A stretch of 64,000 nucleotides of DNA from Bacillota bacterium (GTDB lineage Bacteria; Bacillota; Desulfotomaculia; Desulfotomaculales; JBFMEU01): the NCBI GenBank assembly GCA_040753155.1, contig JBFMEU010000002.1:5633-69632 (forward strand), read 5' to 3'. Shown one piece after another: positions 1 through 9,058 of the stretch (position 1 is the stretch's first letter; every line of letters begins with the position of its first letter). The notes beneath the pieces are model-generated. The model did no database searches. It saw only the letters and a list, made by a program, of their open reading frames with translations, and was not told the origin of the DNA. The translations under genes and the position numbers were made by a program.

Positions 1-441
1 GTGGGCATGCATTGCGGCCTGATCACGGTCATTGCCAACGCCGGGGAGCAGGACGCGCTGCGGCGGATTATCGCCGGGGAGCAGCTGGGTACTGCCTTCT
101 GGCCGTCGGTGAAAATGCAGCATAAAAAGAGCTGGATTGCCTACAGCTCGGCGGTACACGGAAAAATCCACGTGGATGAGGGCGCCGCCCGGGCGTTGTT
201 AAAAAACGGCAAAAGCCTGTTGCCCTCCGGCATCGTGGGGGTTGAGGGCAACTTCGACATAGGCAATACCGTTGCCATTTTCGGCCCCGACAACAGGGAA
301 ATCGGCCGGGGCATTGTCAACTACTCGGCTGACGAGGTGGCGCGAATCAAGGGCGTGCAGACCAAAGACATCGAGCGGGTGCTGGGCTACAAGGACTATG
401 ACGAGGTAATTCACCGCAACAACCTGGCCCTGGAGCTGTAA
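1..441 (+). CDS. proB: Glutamate 5-kinase, C-terminal PUA-domain part (5' end outside window)
   Basis: ORF is open at the left edge. The tail GKIHVDEGAARALLKNGKSLLPSGIVGVEGNFDIGNTVAIFGPDNREIGRGIVNYSADEV is the typical ProB PUA domain. Confidence 0.85.
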   Translation: MGMHCGLITVIANAGEQDALRRIIAGEQLGTAFWPSVKMQHKKSWIAYSSAVHGKIHVDEGAARALLKNGKSLLPSGIVGVEGNFDIGNTVAIFGPDNREIGRGIVNYSADEVARIKGVQTKDIERVLGYKDYDEVIHRNNLALEL

Positions 442-890
442 CAGGTATTCAGAATTCATAATTCAGGAGTCAGGAGTCAGGAGTCAGGAGAAAGAGTGTG
501 GAGTGTGGAGTGTGGAGTGTGGAGTGTGGAGTGTGGAGTGTGGAGTGTGGAGTGTGGAGTGTGGAGTGTGGAGTGTGGAGTGTGGAGTGTGGAGTGTGGA
601 GTGTGGAGTCGATCAGAATTAAGCGCTATAAGTTTCTGACGGAAACAAAGAAAGAGTTTGCTTTGTCAAAGCAGTTGCTGCGAAGCGGAACAAGCATTGG
701 ATCAAATCTTGCTGAAGCAGAATGCAGCATCAGTCGAGAGAATTTTTTGGCAAAGGTATATATTGCATTGAAAGAATCTGCTGAGAGCTTGTATTGGCTT
801 GAACTGTTGCACGAAACAGAATATATGAGTGATACGGAATTTCACACTCCCCACTCCACACTCCCCACTCCACACTCCACACTCCACAAA
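442..890 (+). repeat. H element copy H1: GGAGTCA-heptamer terminus, then inverted GTGTGGA/TCCACAC heptamer arrays enclosing a four-helix-bundle gene fragment
   Basis: caggtattcagaattc...(aggagtc)x4 at 442-490. (GTGTGGA)x~16 at 496-608. Imperfect inverse array (tccacac/tccccac) at 844-887. Confidence 0.8.
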
Positions 891-920
891 AATGTTGCTT
901 TTTCCCCTATCCCCAAGTAA
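498..920 (+). CDS. Four-helix-bundle protein (23S rRNA intervening-sequence protein family), lacking helix 1; N- and C-termini encoded by heptamer arrays
   Basis: The core FALSKQLLRSGTSIGSNLAEAECSISRENFLAKVYIALKESAESLYWLELL matches the helix 2-4 pattern of this family. The N-terminus is (ECGVWSV)n translated from the repeat. It may be a decayed copy. Confidence 0.5.
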   Translation: MECGVWSVECGVWSVECGVWSVECGVWSVECGVWSVESIRIKRYKFLTETKKEFALSKQLLRSGTSIGSNLAEAECSISRENFLAKVYIALKESAESLYWLELLHETEYMSDTEFHTPHSTLPTPHSTLHKNVAFSPIPK

Positions 921-943
921 AATTAGGGTGAGGTCAAGTACTA

Positions 944-1576
944 ATGATAAATATTGGCAGTAAGGCGCAAAATGGCGATAAAGTGGGGATTATGGGCGGC
1001 ACGTTTGATCCCATTCATTTCGGTCATCTGGTGACGGCTGAAGCAGCCCGTCACCAATTTCAGTTGCAGCAGGTAATTTTTATTCCCGCCGCCAGGCCAC
1101 CACATAAAACCAACCGGCGGATCAGTCCGCCGGAGCGCCGCCTGGCCATGACCAGGCTGGCCGTGCAGAGCAACCCCCATTTTCAGGTCTCGGACCTGGA
1201 GATTGCCAGGCCGGGGCCATCCTACACCATTGACACAGTGGCCGAAGTGCGGCGTAAGTATCCCGGTGCAGATGTCTATTTTATCACCGGGGCTGACGCA
1301 GTGCTGGAAATCCTGACCTGGTACCGGGTGGAAGAGCTTCTGACTACGTGCAAATTTATCGCTGCCACCCGCCCGGGCTACAGACTAAAGGATCTTACCA
1401 CGGTAGCGGGACTGCCTGTAAAATATCGTCAAAATATATGTGTTATAGAAGTACCGGCGCTGGCCATCTCTTCCACCGATATCCGGCTCCGGGTCGGGGA
1501 ATCCCGGCCAATCAAGTATTTGCTGCCGGAGCCGGTGGAGGATTATATCTGCCGGGAAAAATTATATCTTACTTGA
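944..1576 (+). CDS. nadD: Nicotinate-nucleotide adenylyltransferase
   Basis: GIMGGTFDPIHFGHL (HxGH motif) and ISSTDIR motif; typical size. The true start may be slightly downstream. Confidence 0.9.
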   Translation: MINIGSKAQNGDKVGIMGGTFDPIHFGHLVTAEAARHQFQLQQVIFIPAARPPHKTNRRISPPERRLAMTRLAVQSNPHFQVSDLEIARPGPSYTIDTVAEVRRKYPGADVYFITGADAVLEILTWYRVEELLTTCKFIAATRPGYRLKDLTTVAGLPVKYRQNICVIEVPALAISSTDIRLRVGESRPIKYLLPEPVEDYICREKLYLT

Positions 1577-1591
1577 ATGGAAAAATATTGG

Positions 1592-1796
1592 GTTACTATT
1601 CAGGTATTCAGAATTCAGGAGTCAGGAGTCAGAATGCCCTGAGAATATGCTTCCAGCAATTAGAGAAGTTTTGTTTCGTAAATATCACCGTATCCAAGAT
1701 CCTTCGTAAGTATCAAGTAATATCAGCATTCTTCAACAGAACCTTGGTTTTCTCATTCTGACTCCTGACTTTGGCTCCTGACTCCTGAGTAGTTAC
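1592..1796 (-). repeat. H element copy H2 (internally deleted; keeps start codon region and 3' end of the four-helix-bundle gene)
   Basis: gttactattcaggtattcagaattcaggagtcaggagtcagaatg ... ttttctcattctgactcctgac...ctgactcctgagtagttac. Nearly identical to H11 in reverse orientation. Confidence 0.85.
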
Positions 1797-1887
1797 AAAT
1801 ATTGTTACTTATTAATTGCATCAGGTATTTTCCTTGTGCAAATAATACAACTACACCAAGACTAGCAGCTGGAAAGAGGTGATTTGG

Positions 1888-2145
1888 ATGGTGCGTACAT
1901 TGTATGTTGGTAATCTGCCCTGGGCCACTAAAGCTGAAGATTTGACAGAGACCTTCTCGCAATACGGGGAAGTAATCAGCAGCCGCGTAATAACCGACCG
2001 GGAAACCGGGCGATCCCGCGGTTTTGGTTTTGTAGAGGTTAGTGATGAGGATGCGGAGAACATTATAGCCGCCCTTAACGGCAAAGAGCTGGACGGGCGC
2101 GTCATTACCGTAAACGAGGCGCGAACCCGGGATGACCGCGAATAA
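1888..2145 (+). CDS. RRM-type RNA-binding protein
   Basis: MVRTLYVGNLPWATKAEDL...RGFGFVEV shows the RNP2/RNP1 motifs. SD gaaagaggtg precedes ATG 1888; the ORF track begins at 1879. Confidence 0.85.
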   Translation: MVRTLYVGNLPWATKAEDLTETFSQYGEVISSRVITDRETGRSRGFGFVEVSDEDAENIIAALNGKELDGRVITVNEARTRDDRE

Positions 2146-2244
2146 TAATCAAAAAGCCTCCATTTTCCTAAGGGAGAAGGAGGTTTTCTTTTGTTTGCCC
2201 CGGCAGGAACTTTTGCCCTGTGGGGCGAAATATAATAGAATTAC

Positions 2245-2300
2245 TTGGAAGTATATTCTCGGGGCATTCTGACTCCTGACTCCTGAATTCTGAATACCTA
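2245..2300 (+). repeat. H element fragment H3 (3' terminus only)
   Basis: ttggaagtatattctcggggcattctgactcctgactcctgaattctgaatacc equals the 3' end of the H consensus. Confidence 0.8.
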
Positions 2301-2323
2301 CAATTTTTAAGGAGGAGTGCTGA

Positions 2324-2680
2324 TTGAGTTTGCATCCCCAGGCGCTGCTGAAGATTGCCGTGGATGTTGCCGGGGAGAAAAAGGCCCTGGATATAACTGT
2401 GCTGGATATCAGAAAGTTAACTGTGGTGGCGGACTACTTTGTGATTTGCACCGGGCGGTCGTCCATTCACACCAGAGCCATTGCCGACGAAATTGAGCAA
2501 AGGCTGACCGGGGAAGGGCAGCCGGCGCCAAGAAAGGAAGGTTTCCGGGAAGGCAACTGGATACTAATGGATTGCGGTGATGTTGTCATTCATATTTTCC
2601 AGGAAGAAGAACGTATCTTTTATAACCTGGAACGCCTGTGGGGGGATGCTCCGGTGGTTGCTGTACCGGCGACTGTCTAA
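2324..2680 (+). CDS. rsfS: Ribosome silencing factor RsfS
   Basis: LDITVLDIRKLTVVADYFVICTGRSSIHTRAIADEI...DVVIHIFQEEERIFYNLERLW; SD aaggagg before the TTG start. Confidence 0.9.
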   Translation: MSLHPQALLKIAVDVAGEKKALDITVLDIRKLTVVADYFVICTGRSSIHTRAIADEIEQRLTGEGQPAPRKEGFREGNWILMDCGDVVIHIFQEEERIFYNLERLWGDAPVVAVPATV

Positions 2681-2718
2681 GTTTACCATAATCCGGAGTT
2701 GTTGGCCTGTTGAGGTTA

Positions 2719-2852
2719 TTGAACGAGACTTAATTCAGAGGGGGATTCAACCCCCTCTGAATGTTAGCCGAGTCCATACTGGACTTAACCGCCCTTTGAA
2801 ACCCGCCGCCTACAGAGGCGGGGGTCTTAGGGCGGTTAAGTCCAGTGATAAA
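2719..2852 (-). mobile_element. A element copy A1 (two-hairpin ~135-nt element)
   Basis: ttgaacgagactt-ATTCAGAGGGGGattcaaCCCCCTCTGAAT-...-GGACTTAACCGCCC...GGGCGGTTAAGTCC-agtGATAAA. Confidence 0.8.
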
Positions 2853-2870
2853 GCACCGTGTTTGTCAACT

Positions 2871-2949
2871 GGGGTGGCGCCGCTGAAAATTAACCCTCAG
2901 TCCCTAACCGGGAGGGAGGTCTGCCGGCCCGTAACCACCCCTTTTTTTA
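2871..2949 (+). terminator. Stem (GGGGTGG...CCACCCC) followed by T7; probable rsfS terminator
   Basis: ggggtgg at 2871 pairs with ccacccc at 2935, followed by ttttttt. Confidence 0.45.
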
Positions 2950-3146
2950 GATCCGGGCTAAAGTAGCCGGCGCCGGTTCTTCCGGCGCCTTCTCCTTGTG
3001 CTTTTAGTAAAGTAACCGGCCATATGGCCCGGACCGAGGAAAAAAGTATTAAGCCGCGCGCGGTTTTTTGGCCTGCAGTTGTAGAAACAGGGTAATTATG
3101 ATAAAATTTTAAGGTTTTAAAGGTTATTTACTGGGAGGCTTTAAAA

Positions 3147-5630
3147 GTGAAAGACCGTTACGATTTTAAAGATCTTGAGGTCAAGTGGCAGCGCCGCTGG
3201 CATGAAGACAAGCTCTACGAGGCGCCTGATTTTTCCGGCCGGCCCAAGTACTACTGCCTGGAGATGTTTCCTTACCCCTCGGGCAAGCTGCACATGGGTC
3301 ATGTCCGGAATTACTCCATCGGGGATGTGGTGGCCCGGTTTAAAACCATGCAGGGGTTTCACGTGCTGCACCCCATGGGCTGGGACGCCTTCGGGCTGCC
3401 CGCTGAAAACGCCGCCATCAAGCACGGAAACATGCACCCGGCCCAGTGGACCATAGACAATATCAACACCATGCGCGATCAGCTCAAGCAGCTGGGGATT
3501 AGCTATGACTGGAGCCGGGAGGTGGCCACCTGCCACCCGGGCTACTACAAGTGGACCCAGTGGCTGTTCCTGCAGCTGTACCGCCGCGGCCTGGCCTATA
3601 AAAAGAAGGCGGCCGTGAACTGGTGCCCCTCCTGCGCCACGGTGCTGGCCAACGAGCAGGTAAAGGAGGGTATTTGCGAGCGCTGTAAGACTGATGTGGA
3701 GAAGAAAGAGCTGGAGCAGTGGTTCTTTAAGATCACCGACTACGCCGGGCGTCTGCTGGAGGATTTGGAAACCCTGCCGGGCTGGCCGGAAAAGGTCAAG
3801 ATCATGCAGGAACACTGGATTGGCCGCAGCGAGGGGGCGGAAATCAAATTCACCATTGACGGCCATGACGATGAGTTCATGGTCTTCACCACCCGGCCGG
3901 ACACGGTGTTCGGGGTCACCTATATGGTGCTGGCCCCAGAGCACCCCCTGGTGGAAAAGCTCATTGCGGGCAAGGAGCAGGCCGGTCAGGTGCGGGACTT
4001 TGTAAATAGAGTGCGCAACCTGAGCGAGATTGCCCGGACCTCCGTTGATGCGGAAAAGGAGGGCATCCTCACCGGCGCTTACTGTATTAACCCCCTGAAC
4101 GGCGAAAAAATTCCCATCCTGGTGGCCAACTACGTGCTGCTGGAGTACGGCACCGGCATGGTCATGGGCGTGCCGGCCCACGACCAGAGGGACTTTGAAT
4201 TTGCCCGGAAGTACAAGCTGCCCGTCCGGGTGGTCATCCAGCCCGAGGGTGTGGAACTGGACCCGGAAACCATGACCGGGGCCTGCGACGGCGAGGGGGT
4301 TATGGTTAATTCCGGCCAGTTTAATGGCGTCCCCAGCCAGGAGGGGATCCGCAAGGTTACGGAATACCTGGAGCAAAACAATCTGGGCCGGGGCCTGATC
4401 AACTACCGCCTGCGGGACTGGCTGATTTCCCGGCAGCGTTACTGGGGCGCCCCCATTCCCATTATTTACTGTGATCAGTGCGGCGCCGTACCGGTTCCCG
4501 ATGCCGACCTGCCGGTAATGCTGCCCCTGGAGGTGGCCTTTGAGCCCACCGGCCGCTCGCCCCTGAATGACAGCCCGGAATTTGTCAGCGCCGCCTGCCC
4601 CGGCTGCGGCGGGCCCGGCAGGCGGGAAACCGACACCATGGACACCTTCATGTGCTCCTCCTGGTACTACTACCGCTACACCAGCCCCCGGAACGAGGAG
4701 GCTGCCTGGGGCGGGGAGCAGGTAAAATACTGGCTGCCCGTGGACCAGTACATCGGCGGGGTGGAGCACGCCATCCTGCACCTGCTGTACAGCCGCTTCT
4801 TTACTAAGTTTCTTTATGACGCGGGCCTGATAGACAACCAGGAGCCCTTTACCAACCTGCTCACCCAGGGCATGGTGCTCAAAGACGGGGCCAAGATGAG
4901 CAAGTCCAAGGGCAATGTGGTCAGTCCCGAAGACATCGTGGGCCGCTACGGGGCCGACACCGCCCGGCTGTTCATCCTGTTCGCCGCCCCGCCGGAGCGG
5001 GACCTGGAGTGGAGCGATCAGGGCGTGGAGGGGTGCTACCGTTTCCTGAACCGGGTCTGGCGCCTGGTCCAGCCCCTGGCGGCAACCCTGCAGAGTAGCA
5101 GCGGCAAACCCAACGCCAACCTGGTGGGGGTAAACCGGGAAATGCGCCGGCTGACCCACCTGACCATCAAGAAAGTCACCGGGGACATTGGCAACCGGTT
5201 TAACTTCAACACCGCCGTCAGCGCCATCATGGAGCTGGTCAACGGCCTGTACCAGTACCGGGAGGTGCCGGAAACCGACCGGGACCCGGCGGTTCTCAAG
5301 GAGGCGGTGGAGTCCATGCTGCTCCTGCTGGCCCCCTTCGCCCCCCACGTGACCGAGGAACTGTGGGAGGTCACCGGCGGCGCCGGCAGCATTCACCTCC
5401 GGCCCTGGCCCGGGTTTGACCCGGCGGCCATGGCGGAGGACGAGGTGACCATAGTGGTGCAGATTAACGGCCGGGTCCGGGACCGGGTGCTGGCGCCCGC
5501 CGGCATACCGGCCGAAGAGATGAAGGAGCAGGTCATGGCCCAGCCCAGGGTTCAGGAACTGATTGCCGGCAAGCAGCTGGTCAAGGTCATCCCGGTGCCC
5601 GGGAAGCTGGTTAATATAGTGATTAAGTAA
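3147..5630 (+). CDS. leuS: Leucine--tRNA ligase
   Basis: 827 aa; HMGH ([10 protein letters not shown]) and KMSKS motifs; SD gggagg before GTG. Confidence 0.97.
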   Translation: MKDRYDFKDLEVKWQRRWHEDKLYEAPDFSGRPKYYCLEMFPYPSGKLHMGHVRNYSIGDVVARFKTMQGFHVLHPMGWDAFGLPAENAAIKHGNMHPAQWTIDNINTMRDQLKQLGISYDWSREVATCHPGYYKWTQWLFLQLYRRGLAYKKKAAVNWCPSCATVLANEQVKEGICERCKTDVEKKELEQWFFKITDYAGRLLEDLETLPGWPEKVKIMQEHWIGRSEGAEIKFTIDGHDDEFMVFTTRPDTVFGVTYMVLAPEHPLVEKLIAGKEQAGQVRDFVNRVRNLSEIARTSVDAEKEGILTGAYCINPLNGEKIPILVANYVLLEYGTGMVMGVPAHDQRDFEFARKYKLPVRVVIQPEGVELDPETMTGACDGEGVMVNSGQFNGVPSQEGIRKVTEYLEQNNLGRGLINYRLRDWLISRQRYWGAPIPIIYCDQCGAVPVPDADLPVMLPLEVAFEPTGRSPLNDSPEFVSAACPGCGGPGRRETDTMDTFMCSSWYYYRYTSPRNEEAAWGGEQVKYWLPVDQYIGGVEHAILHLLYSRFFTKFLYDAGLIDNQEPFTNLLTQGMVLKDGAKMSKSKGNVVSPEDIVGRYGADTARLFILFAAPPERDLEWSDQGVEGCYRFLNRVWRLVQPLAATLQSSSGKPNANLVGVNREMRRLTHLTIKKVTGDIGNRFNFNTAVSAIMELVNGLYQYREVPETDRDPAVLKEAVESMLLLLAPFAPHVTEELWEVTGGAGSIHLRPWPGFDPAAMAEDEVTIVVQINGRVRDRVLAPAGIPAEEMKEQVMAQPRVQELIAGKQLVKVIPVPGKLVNIVIK

Positions 5631-5819
5631 GAGGAGGCCCCTGCGCATGACGCAGGGGCCTCTAAGGGTATACAGCCGTATGAATGAGCTTTAACTCATG
5701 TTGACAAAACAATTATCTGAATACGGTTTTAAGTTCAACACCCAGCCTGCCTGCCAAATCACTGATTTCCTTGAAGTCGCCGGCAGGCACAAAGATTAGC
5801 GGGCAGGAGTCCTGGATTT

Positions 5820-6041
5820 TTATTTCTGCAGCAGCAGCAGGATATCCTCGCCCTGCTCAGTAACCTCGATCCGCCAGCCCTTGTTTTCGGCCAGCCGGGA
5901 CACGTTTTCCCTGGCCGCCGTGTGGCTGACCAGCACCTTGATGGCGCCGCTGTCCATGGTGTCCATAACCCGCTTGGTCAACAGTACAGGCTCCGGGCAT
6001 AACAGGCCCCGGGCGTCAACTTCCCTTGCCAATGCTCGCAC
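5820..6041 (-). CDS. yedF: TusA/SirA-like sulfurtransferase (short YedF-like partner of YedE)
   Basis: VDARGLLCPEPVLLTK carries the CPxP motif. It overlaps the end of yedE by 26 nt. Confidence 0.7.
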   Translation of the reverse strand: MRALAREVDARGLLCPEPVLLTKRVMDTMDSGAIKVLVSHTAARENVSRLAENKGWRIEVTEQGEDILLLLQK

Positions 6042-7095
6042 CCCCCGTCACGGCCGCCGGCCTGTTCAAGATGCCGATTACGGCCACAGCAAGCATGCCC
6101 AGGATAACCGCCACCTGGCCGGCCACCGGCACACCGGCGGGGCTGGCCGCCAGGCCGAAGTTGTGGGCCACGGCGGCCCCGGCCATGATGCCCATAATGG
6201 TCACGGCGCAGTCGGTGTTCCCCTCCCCGGCGGCCACCAGCTGCCGCAGCGGGCACCCGCCCAGGAGCACAGCGGCCCAGCCGGCCAGGGTCATGCCCAA
6301 AAAGTTCCACAGGCCGTCGGTGTGGGCCACCGGCTGCCCCTCAAACCCGATTTTAAAGGCGCCCACCGCCAGGTTGCCGATCAGGGCCACAATGAAGATG
6401 GCCACAAAGCCGTATAACAGGTGGCCGTCCCGGAAAAAGATGTAGTCCCTGATGCCGCCCACCATGCACAGCCGGGAGCGCTGGGCCATTATACCCACAA
6501 TCAGGCCAGCCCCCAGGGCGATCCAGATGGGCGCCGCCATGGAGCCGGGGCCCTGCTCACTGAAGAAGATGAAGGCCGGCTGGGCCAGCAGCAGAATTAA
6601 CAGGACCACCATCAGGCCGGTAAAAAGGTAGCCGTTGCCCCGCTGCTGGGGTACGGCCCGGCCCAGGGTGAACCCGTTTTTGAGAAACTGTACGCCGATG
6701 AGTACCCCTGCCACCAGGCCGATCAGGCCGACCCCGGCGTTAAGGTCGCCCCCCGCCAGGCGCAGGACGGCCCGCACCGGGCAGCCCAGGAAAACCAGCA
6801 TGCCGATCATGGCAATGAAGCCCAGGATGAACCGGGTGAAGGCGCTGGAGCCCCCCACGGACCTGAATTCTTTGGTGGCCAGGGAGGTAAAAAAGGCCCC
6901 CAGCACCAGTCCGATAATCTCGGGTCTTATGTACTGCACCGGGACCGCCCGTTGGAAGCCCAGGCCGCCGGTAATGTCCCGCAAAAAACAGGCTATGCAG
7001 TAGCCCATGTTGGCGGGGTTGCCCAGCAGCACCAGGATGACCGCCATCAGTCCCAGGGTCCCCCCGGCAGCAAGAATCAATAACCGCTTACTCAA
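6016..7095 (-). CDS. yedE: YeeE/YedE family membrane protein (selenium/thiosulfate-related transporter)
   Basis: GNPANMGYCIACFLRDITGGLGF and a second LCMVGGIRD half-repeat; polytopic. I place the start at TTG 7095 (SD gaggggg). The ORF track extends to 7176, across the tRNA. Confidence 0.8.
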   Translation of the reverse strand: MSKRLLILAAGGTLGLMAVILVLLGNPANMGYCIACFLRDITGGLGFQRAVPVQYIRPEIIGLVLGAFFTSLATKEFRSVGGSSAFTRFILGFIAMIGMLVFLGCPVRAVLRLAGGDLNAGVGLIGLVAGVLIGVQFLKNGFTLGRAVPQQRGNGYLFTGLMVVLLILLLAQPAFIFFSEQGPGSMAAPIWIALGAGLIVGIMAQRSRLCMVGGIRDYIFFRDGHLLYGFVAIFIVALIGNLAVGAFKIGFEGQPVAHTDGLWNFLGMTLAGWAAVLLGGCPLRQLVAAGEGNTDCAVTIMGIMAGAAVAHNFGLAASPAGVPVAGQVAVILGMLAVAVIGILNRPAAVTGGASIGKGS

Positions 7096-7120
7096 AAAAT
7101 AATACCCCCTCGAAATGATA

Positions 7121-7217
7121 TGGAGGGGAGAAGTCGGAGTCGAACCGGACTCCCGCCTGGATCGCAGACAGGCCAACGGGTTTGCAGCCCGCGGGGGCCA
7201 CCGGACCCTTTCTCCCC
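7121..7217 (-). tRNA. tRNASec-like tRNA with cysteine identity (anticodon GCA, discriminator U73, 8-bp acceptor stem, long extra arm)
   Basis: Minus-strand sequence: GGGGAGAAAGGGTCCGGTGGCCCCCGCGGGCTGCAAACCCGTTGGCCTGTCTGCGATCCAGGCGGGAGTCCGGTTCGACTCCGACTTCTCCCCTCCA. Acceptor GGGGAGAA/TTCTCCCC. Anticodon loop CTGCAAA. Extra arm GCCTG/CAGGC. T loop GGTTCGACTCC. CCA is encoded. Confidence 0.8.
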
Positions 7218-7361
7218 GCTATATCTATTCGCGGGGTAAAATAAATATCCTTTATGAAAATGATTTGATTTATTTATGCCGAAGGGTAAAGCTAGAAGAG
7301 TTTTTAATAAGCCCATAATTAGTTAATTCGAGGGAGCAAATTTAATGGTTGAACTCCCAAC

Positions 7362-8276
7362 TTAACGGTAGTGTCTGGACAGTTCGGAGGCGTAAGTGGC
7401 TCCAAGGCTGTCCTTGTTACTTTTCAGCCAACTACTCAGGCGGGTTTGGCCTGTGGGCTCAGCACCAGAAACCAGCAAGTTGGCCATTAACCCTTCCACT
7501 TCATCACGGGTCAGTACCACGTCATTGACCAACAGTCCAACTAGACTGGACATGTATAGGGCCAGGTCAGGATTTAGATGAACAATTCCAGCCCGGCTGC
7601 GAACCACTTCCCTGATTAGCCGGACCAGTTCATTAAAAGTGAAAACTTCCGGACCGACTGCGTCAATAGCTATGTTTTCCGCTTCCCCGGCCGTCCTAAC
7701 GGCCAAATCAGCCATGTCTTCCACAAAAACCGGCTGCAGCCGGTAATCCCCCTTGCCGGGAACGGCAAACAGGGGAAACCTTCGTAAGAGCCAGGCAATA
7801 TTGTTAATCAAGATGTCTTCAGGACCAAAGATTACCGTGGGCCGGAGGATGGCATAGGATAGTGAGGACCTGGCAATTGCCTCTTCCAGCAGGCCCTTCC
7901 CTTTAAAATAGGGCAGTGGTGAGGCAGGGGAGGCATTTGCTATGCTGATGTGCACGATTCTTTGCAGGCCGGCCTCTTCCGCCGCCCTGATTAGAGCCAG
8001 AGTGTTTTTTACCGCCTGGTCATAGTTGGTTTGAGCATAGGGAAAGCGAACCCAATAGGTGTTGAAAAGGGTTGTTGCTCCCTGCATGCTTTTTGCCAGC
8101 TCTCCGGGACGATCAAACTTATAAGGAACTGCAGTTACCCGCTGGCCGAAGGGGTTGGGCTTACCCGGGCGTCCGGTAAGGGTGAGAACATCCTTCCCCC
8201 TGGCCAGCAGGTGGCGTGTAATGTATTTACCGGTATAACCAAAGGCTCCGGTAACAACATTTAATTCACCTGGCAT
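7362..8276 (-). CDS. NAD(P)H-binding SDR-family (NmrA/NDUFA9-like) protein
   Basis: N-terminal Rossmann motif VVTGAFGYTGKYITRHLL; 304 aa. Confidence 0.7.
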   Translation of the reverse strand: MPGELNVVTGAFGYTGKYITRHLLARGKDVLTLTGRPGKPNPFGQRVTAVPYKFDRPGELAKSMQGATTLFNTYWVRFPYAQTNYDQAVKNTLALIRAAEEAGLQRIVHISIANASPASPLPYFKGKGLLEEAIARSSLSYAILRPTVIFGPEDILINNIAWLLRRFPLFAVPGKGDYRLQPVFVEDMADLAVRTAGEAENIAIDAVGPEVFTFNELVRLIREVVRSRAGIVHLNPDLALYMSSLVGLLVNDVVLTRDEVEGLMANLLVSGAEPTGQTRLSSWLKSNKDSLGATYASELSRHYR

Positions 8277-8306
8277 AGTTCACACCTCGTCTTGGATAAT
8301 ACAAAA

Positions 8307-8843
8307 TCACAATTTATGGTCAGGTACTAATAATTTAATTGCCTCAGTCATCTTTTTCATCCCGCCGGGACCAAGGGAAAGGGCAGTTTCCACCATACTG
8401 TCCAGGAGTCGGTAGAAATCCTGCAGCTCTTTTAAACGCGCCATTATGGTATCCCTCTCCGGTGTTGGTTCCGCCCGGCTGGCAAGCCCTATGCTTTCCT
8501 CCACCAAATCAAAGGATTCTTGGAATTCCGGTTTGTGCCGCAAGGCCAGTACCGAGTGAGCTATTTTCCAGAAATCAGTCTCCGGCTCGAAATAAACCCG
8601 GCGGTCACCAATTTTATGCAGGCGCCTGACCATGCCAAGTTGCTCCAACTGGCGTATTGCCACACTAATATTTCCCTTGGTCACCTTTATCCTTTTGGCT
8701 ACCTCTTCCAGGGACAAAGGCTCTGCGCCCAGGTATAGTACGGCATACATTTCCCCTGCGGTTTTACCCAGCCCCCAGAAGGCGCTTTGCCTTCCCAGGG
8801 CCTGGACCAGAATGTCCCGGGAGCTGGACAGCTGGTTATCCAT
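8307..8843 (-). CDS. GbsR/MarR-family winged-helix transcriptional regulator
   Basis: VAKRIKVTKGNISVAIRQLEQLGMVRRLHKIGDRRVYFEPETDFWKI. Start taken at ATG 8843 (MDNQL); the ORF track starts at 8915. Confidence 0.7.
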   Translation of the reverse strand: MDNQLSSSRDILVQALGRQSAFWGLGKTAGEMYAVLYLGAEPLSLEEVAKRIKVTKGNISVAIRQLEQLGMVRRLHKIGDRRVYFEPETDFWKIAHSVLALRHKPEFQESFDLVEESIGLASRAEPTPERDTIMARLKELQDFYRLLDSMVETALSLGPGGMKKMTEAIKLLVPDHKL

Positions 8844-9058
8844 GTTTAACACTCCTGAATCAAATCGTTTAGAACGTTCTAAACGAAGTATAATATATGT
8901 GCTCCTTAATGTCAATTTACCATAGCAATCTTGTAAAAGAAAAAGCCCCTTAGGGGCCAGTTGTATTAAAAACTCTTGGTAAGTGTAAAATAAACTTTAC
9001 ATTAGGGGTGCGAACAATTATAATGTAAAGTAAGCTTTACATGGGAGGTGGTGCTTCA

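Noticed and set aside
496-608. Tandem arrays (GTGTGGA here; GGAGTCA at 16606-16670, 21107-21185, 35683-35735 and elsewhere) considered as CRISPR arrays
   Set aside because: The units are 7 nt, with no spacers and no cas genes. The arrays occur as inverted pairs around gene remnants. They are microsatellite-like arms of the H elements, not CRISPR.
1348-1761. 137-aa ORF spanning the nadD 3' end and H2, plus other ORFs that read through repeat elements (2577-2966, 10926-11402 upstream part, 12875-13069, 21031-21240, 24677-24943, 33684-33884, 54285-54521)
   Set aside because: They exist only because the A and H repeats are open in several frames. Their 'conserved' peptides are translations of the repeats.
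2861-3146. T-box leader upstream of leuS (ctggggtggcgccgc resembles the GGGTGGTACCGCG T-box)
   Set aside because: There is no specifier or Stem I region; the upstream 135 nt are an A element. The variable base would pair with G73 rather than the A73 of tRNA-Leu. The hairpins are better explained as the rsfS terminator. An attenuator of another kind is not excluded.
3141-5648. 835-aa ORF antisense to leuS, and similar long antisense ORFs (e.g. 10248-10913, 15745-16368, 25533-26387, 32127-32933, 38340-39674, 46177-46899, 48892-49770, 49887-50693, 58594-59442, 59539-60288)
   Set aside because: These are shadow ORFs typical of high-GC coding regions. Their composition is low-complexity and rich in Gly, Pro, Arg, His and Gln. 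Each lies fully inside a well-supported gene on the other strand.
5640-5819. Possible small gene or C-terminal YedF-domain remnant downstream of yedF (minus-strand frame ...IQDSCPLIFVPAGDFKEISDLAGRLGVELKTVFR*)
   Set aside because: There is no start codon or SD, it is only about 35 codons long, and I recognise no motif. It may be a relic, but this is not supportable.
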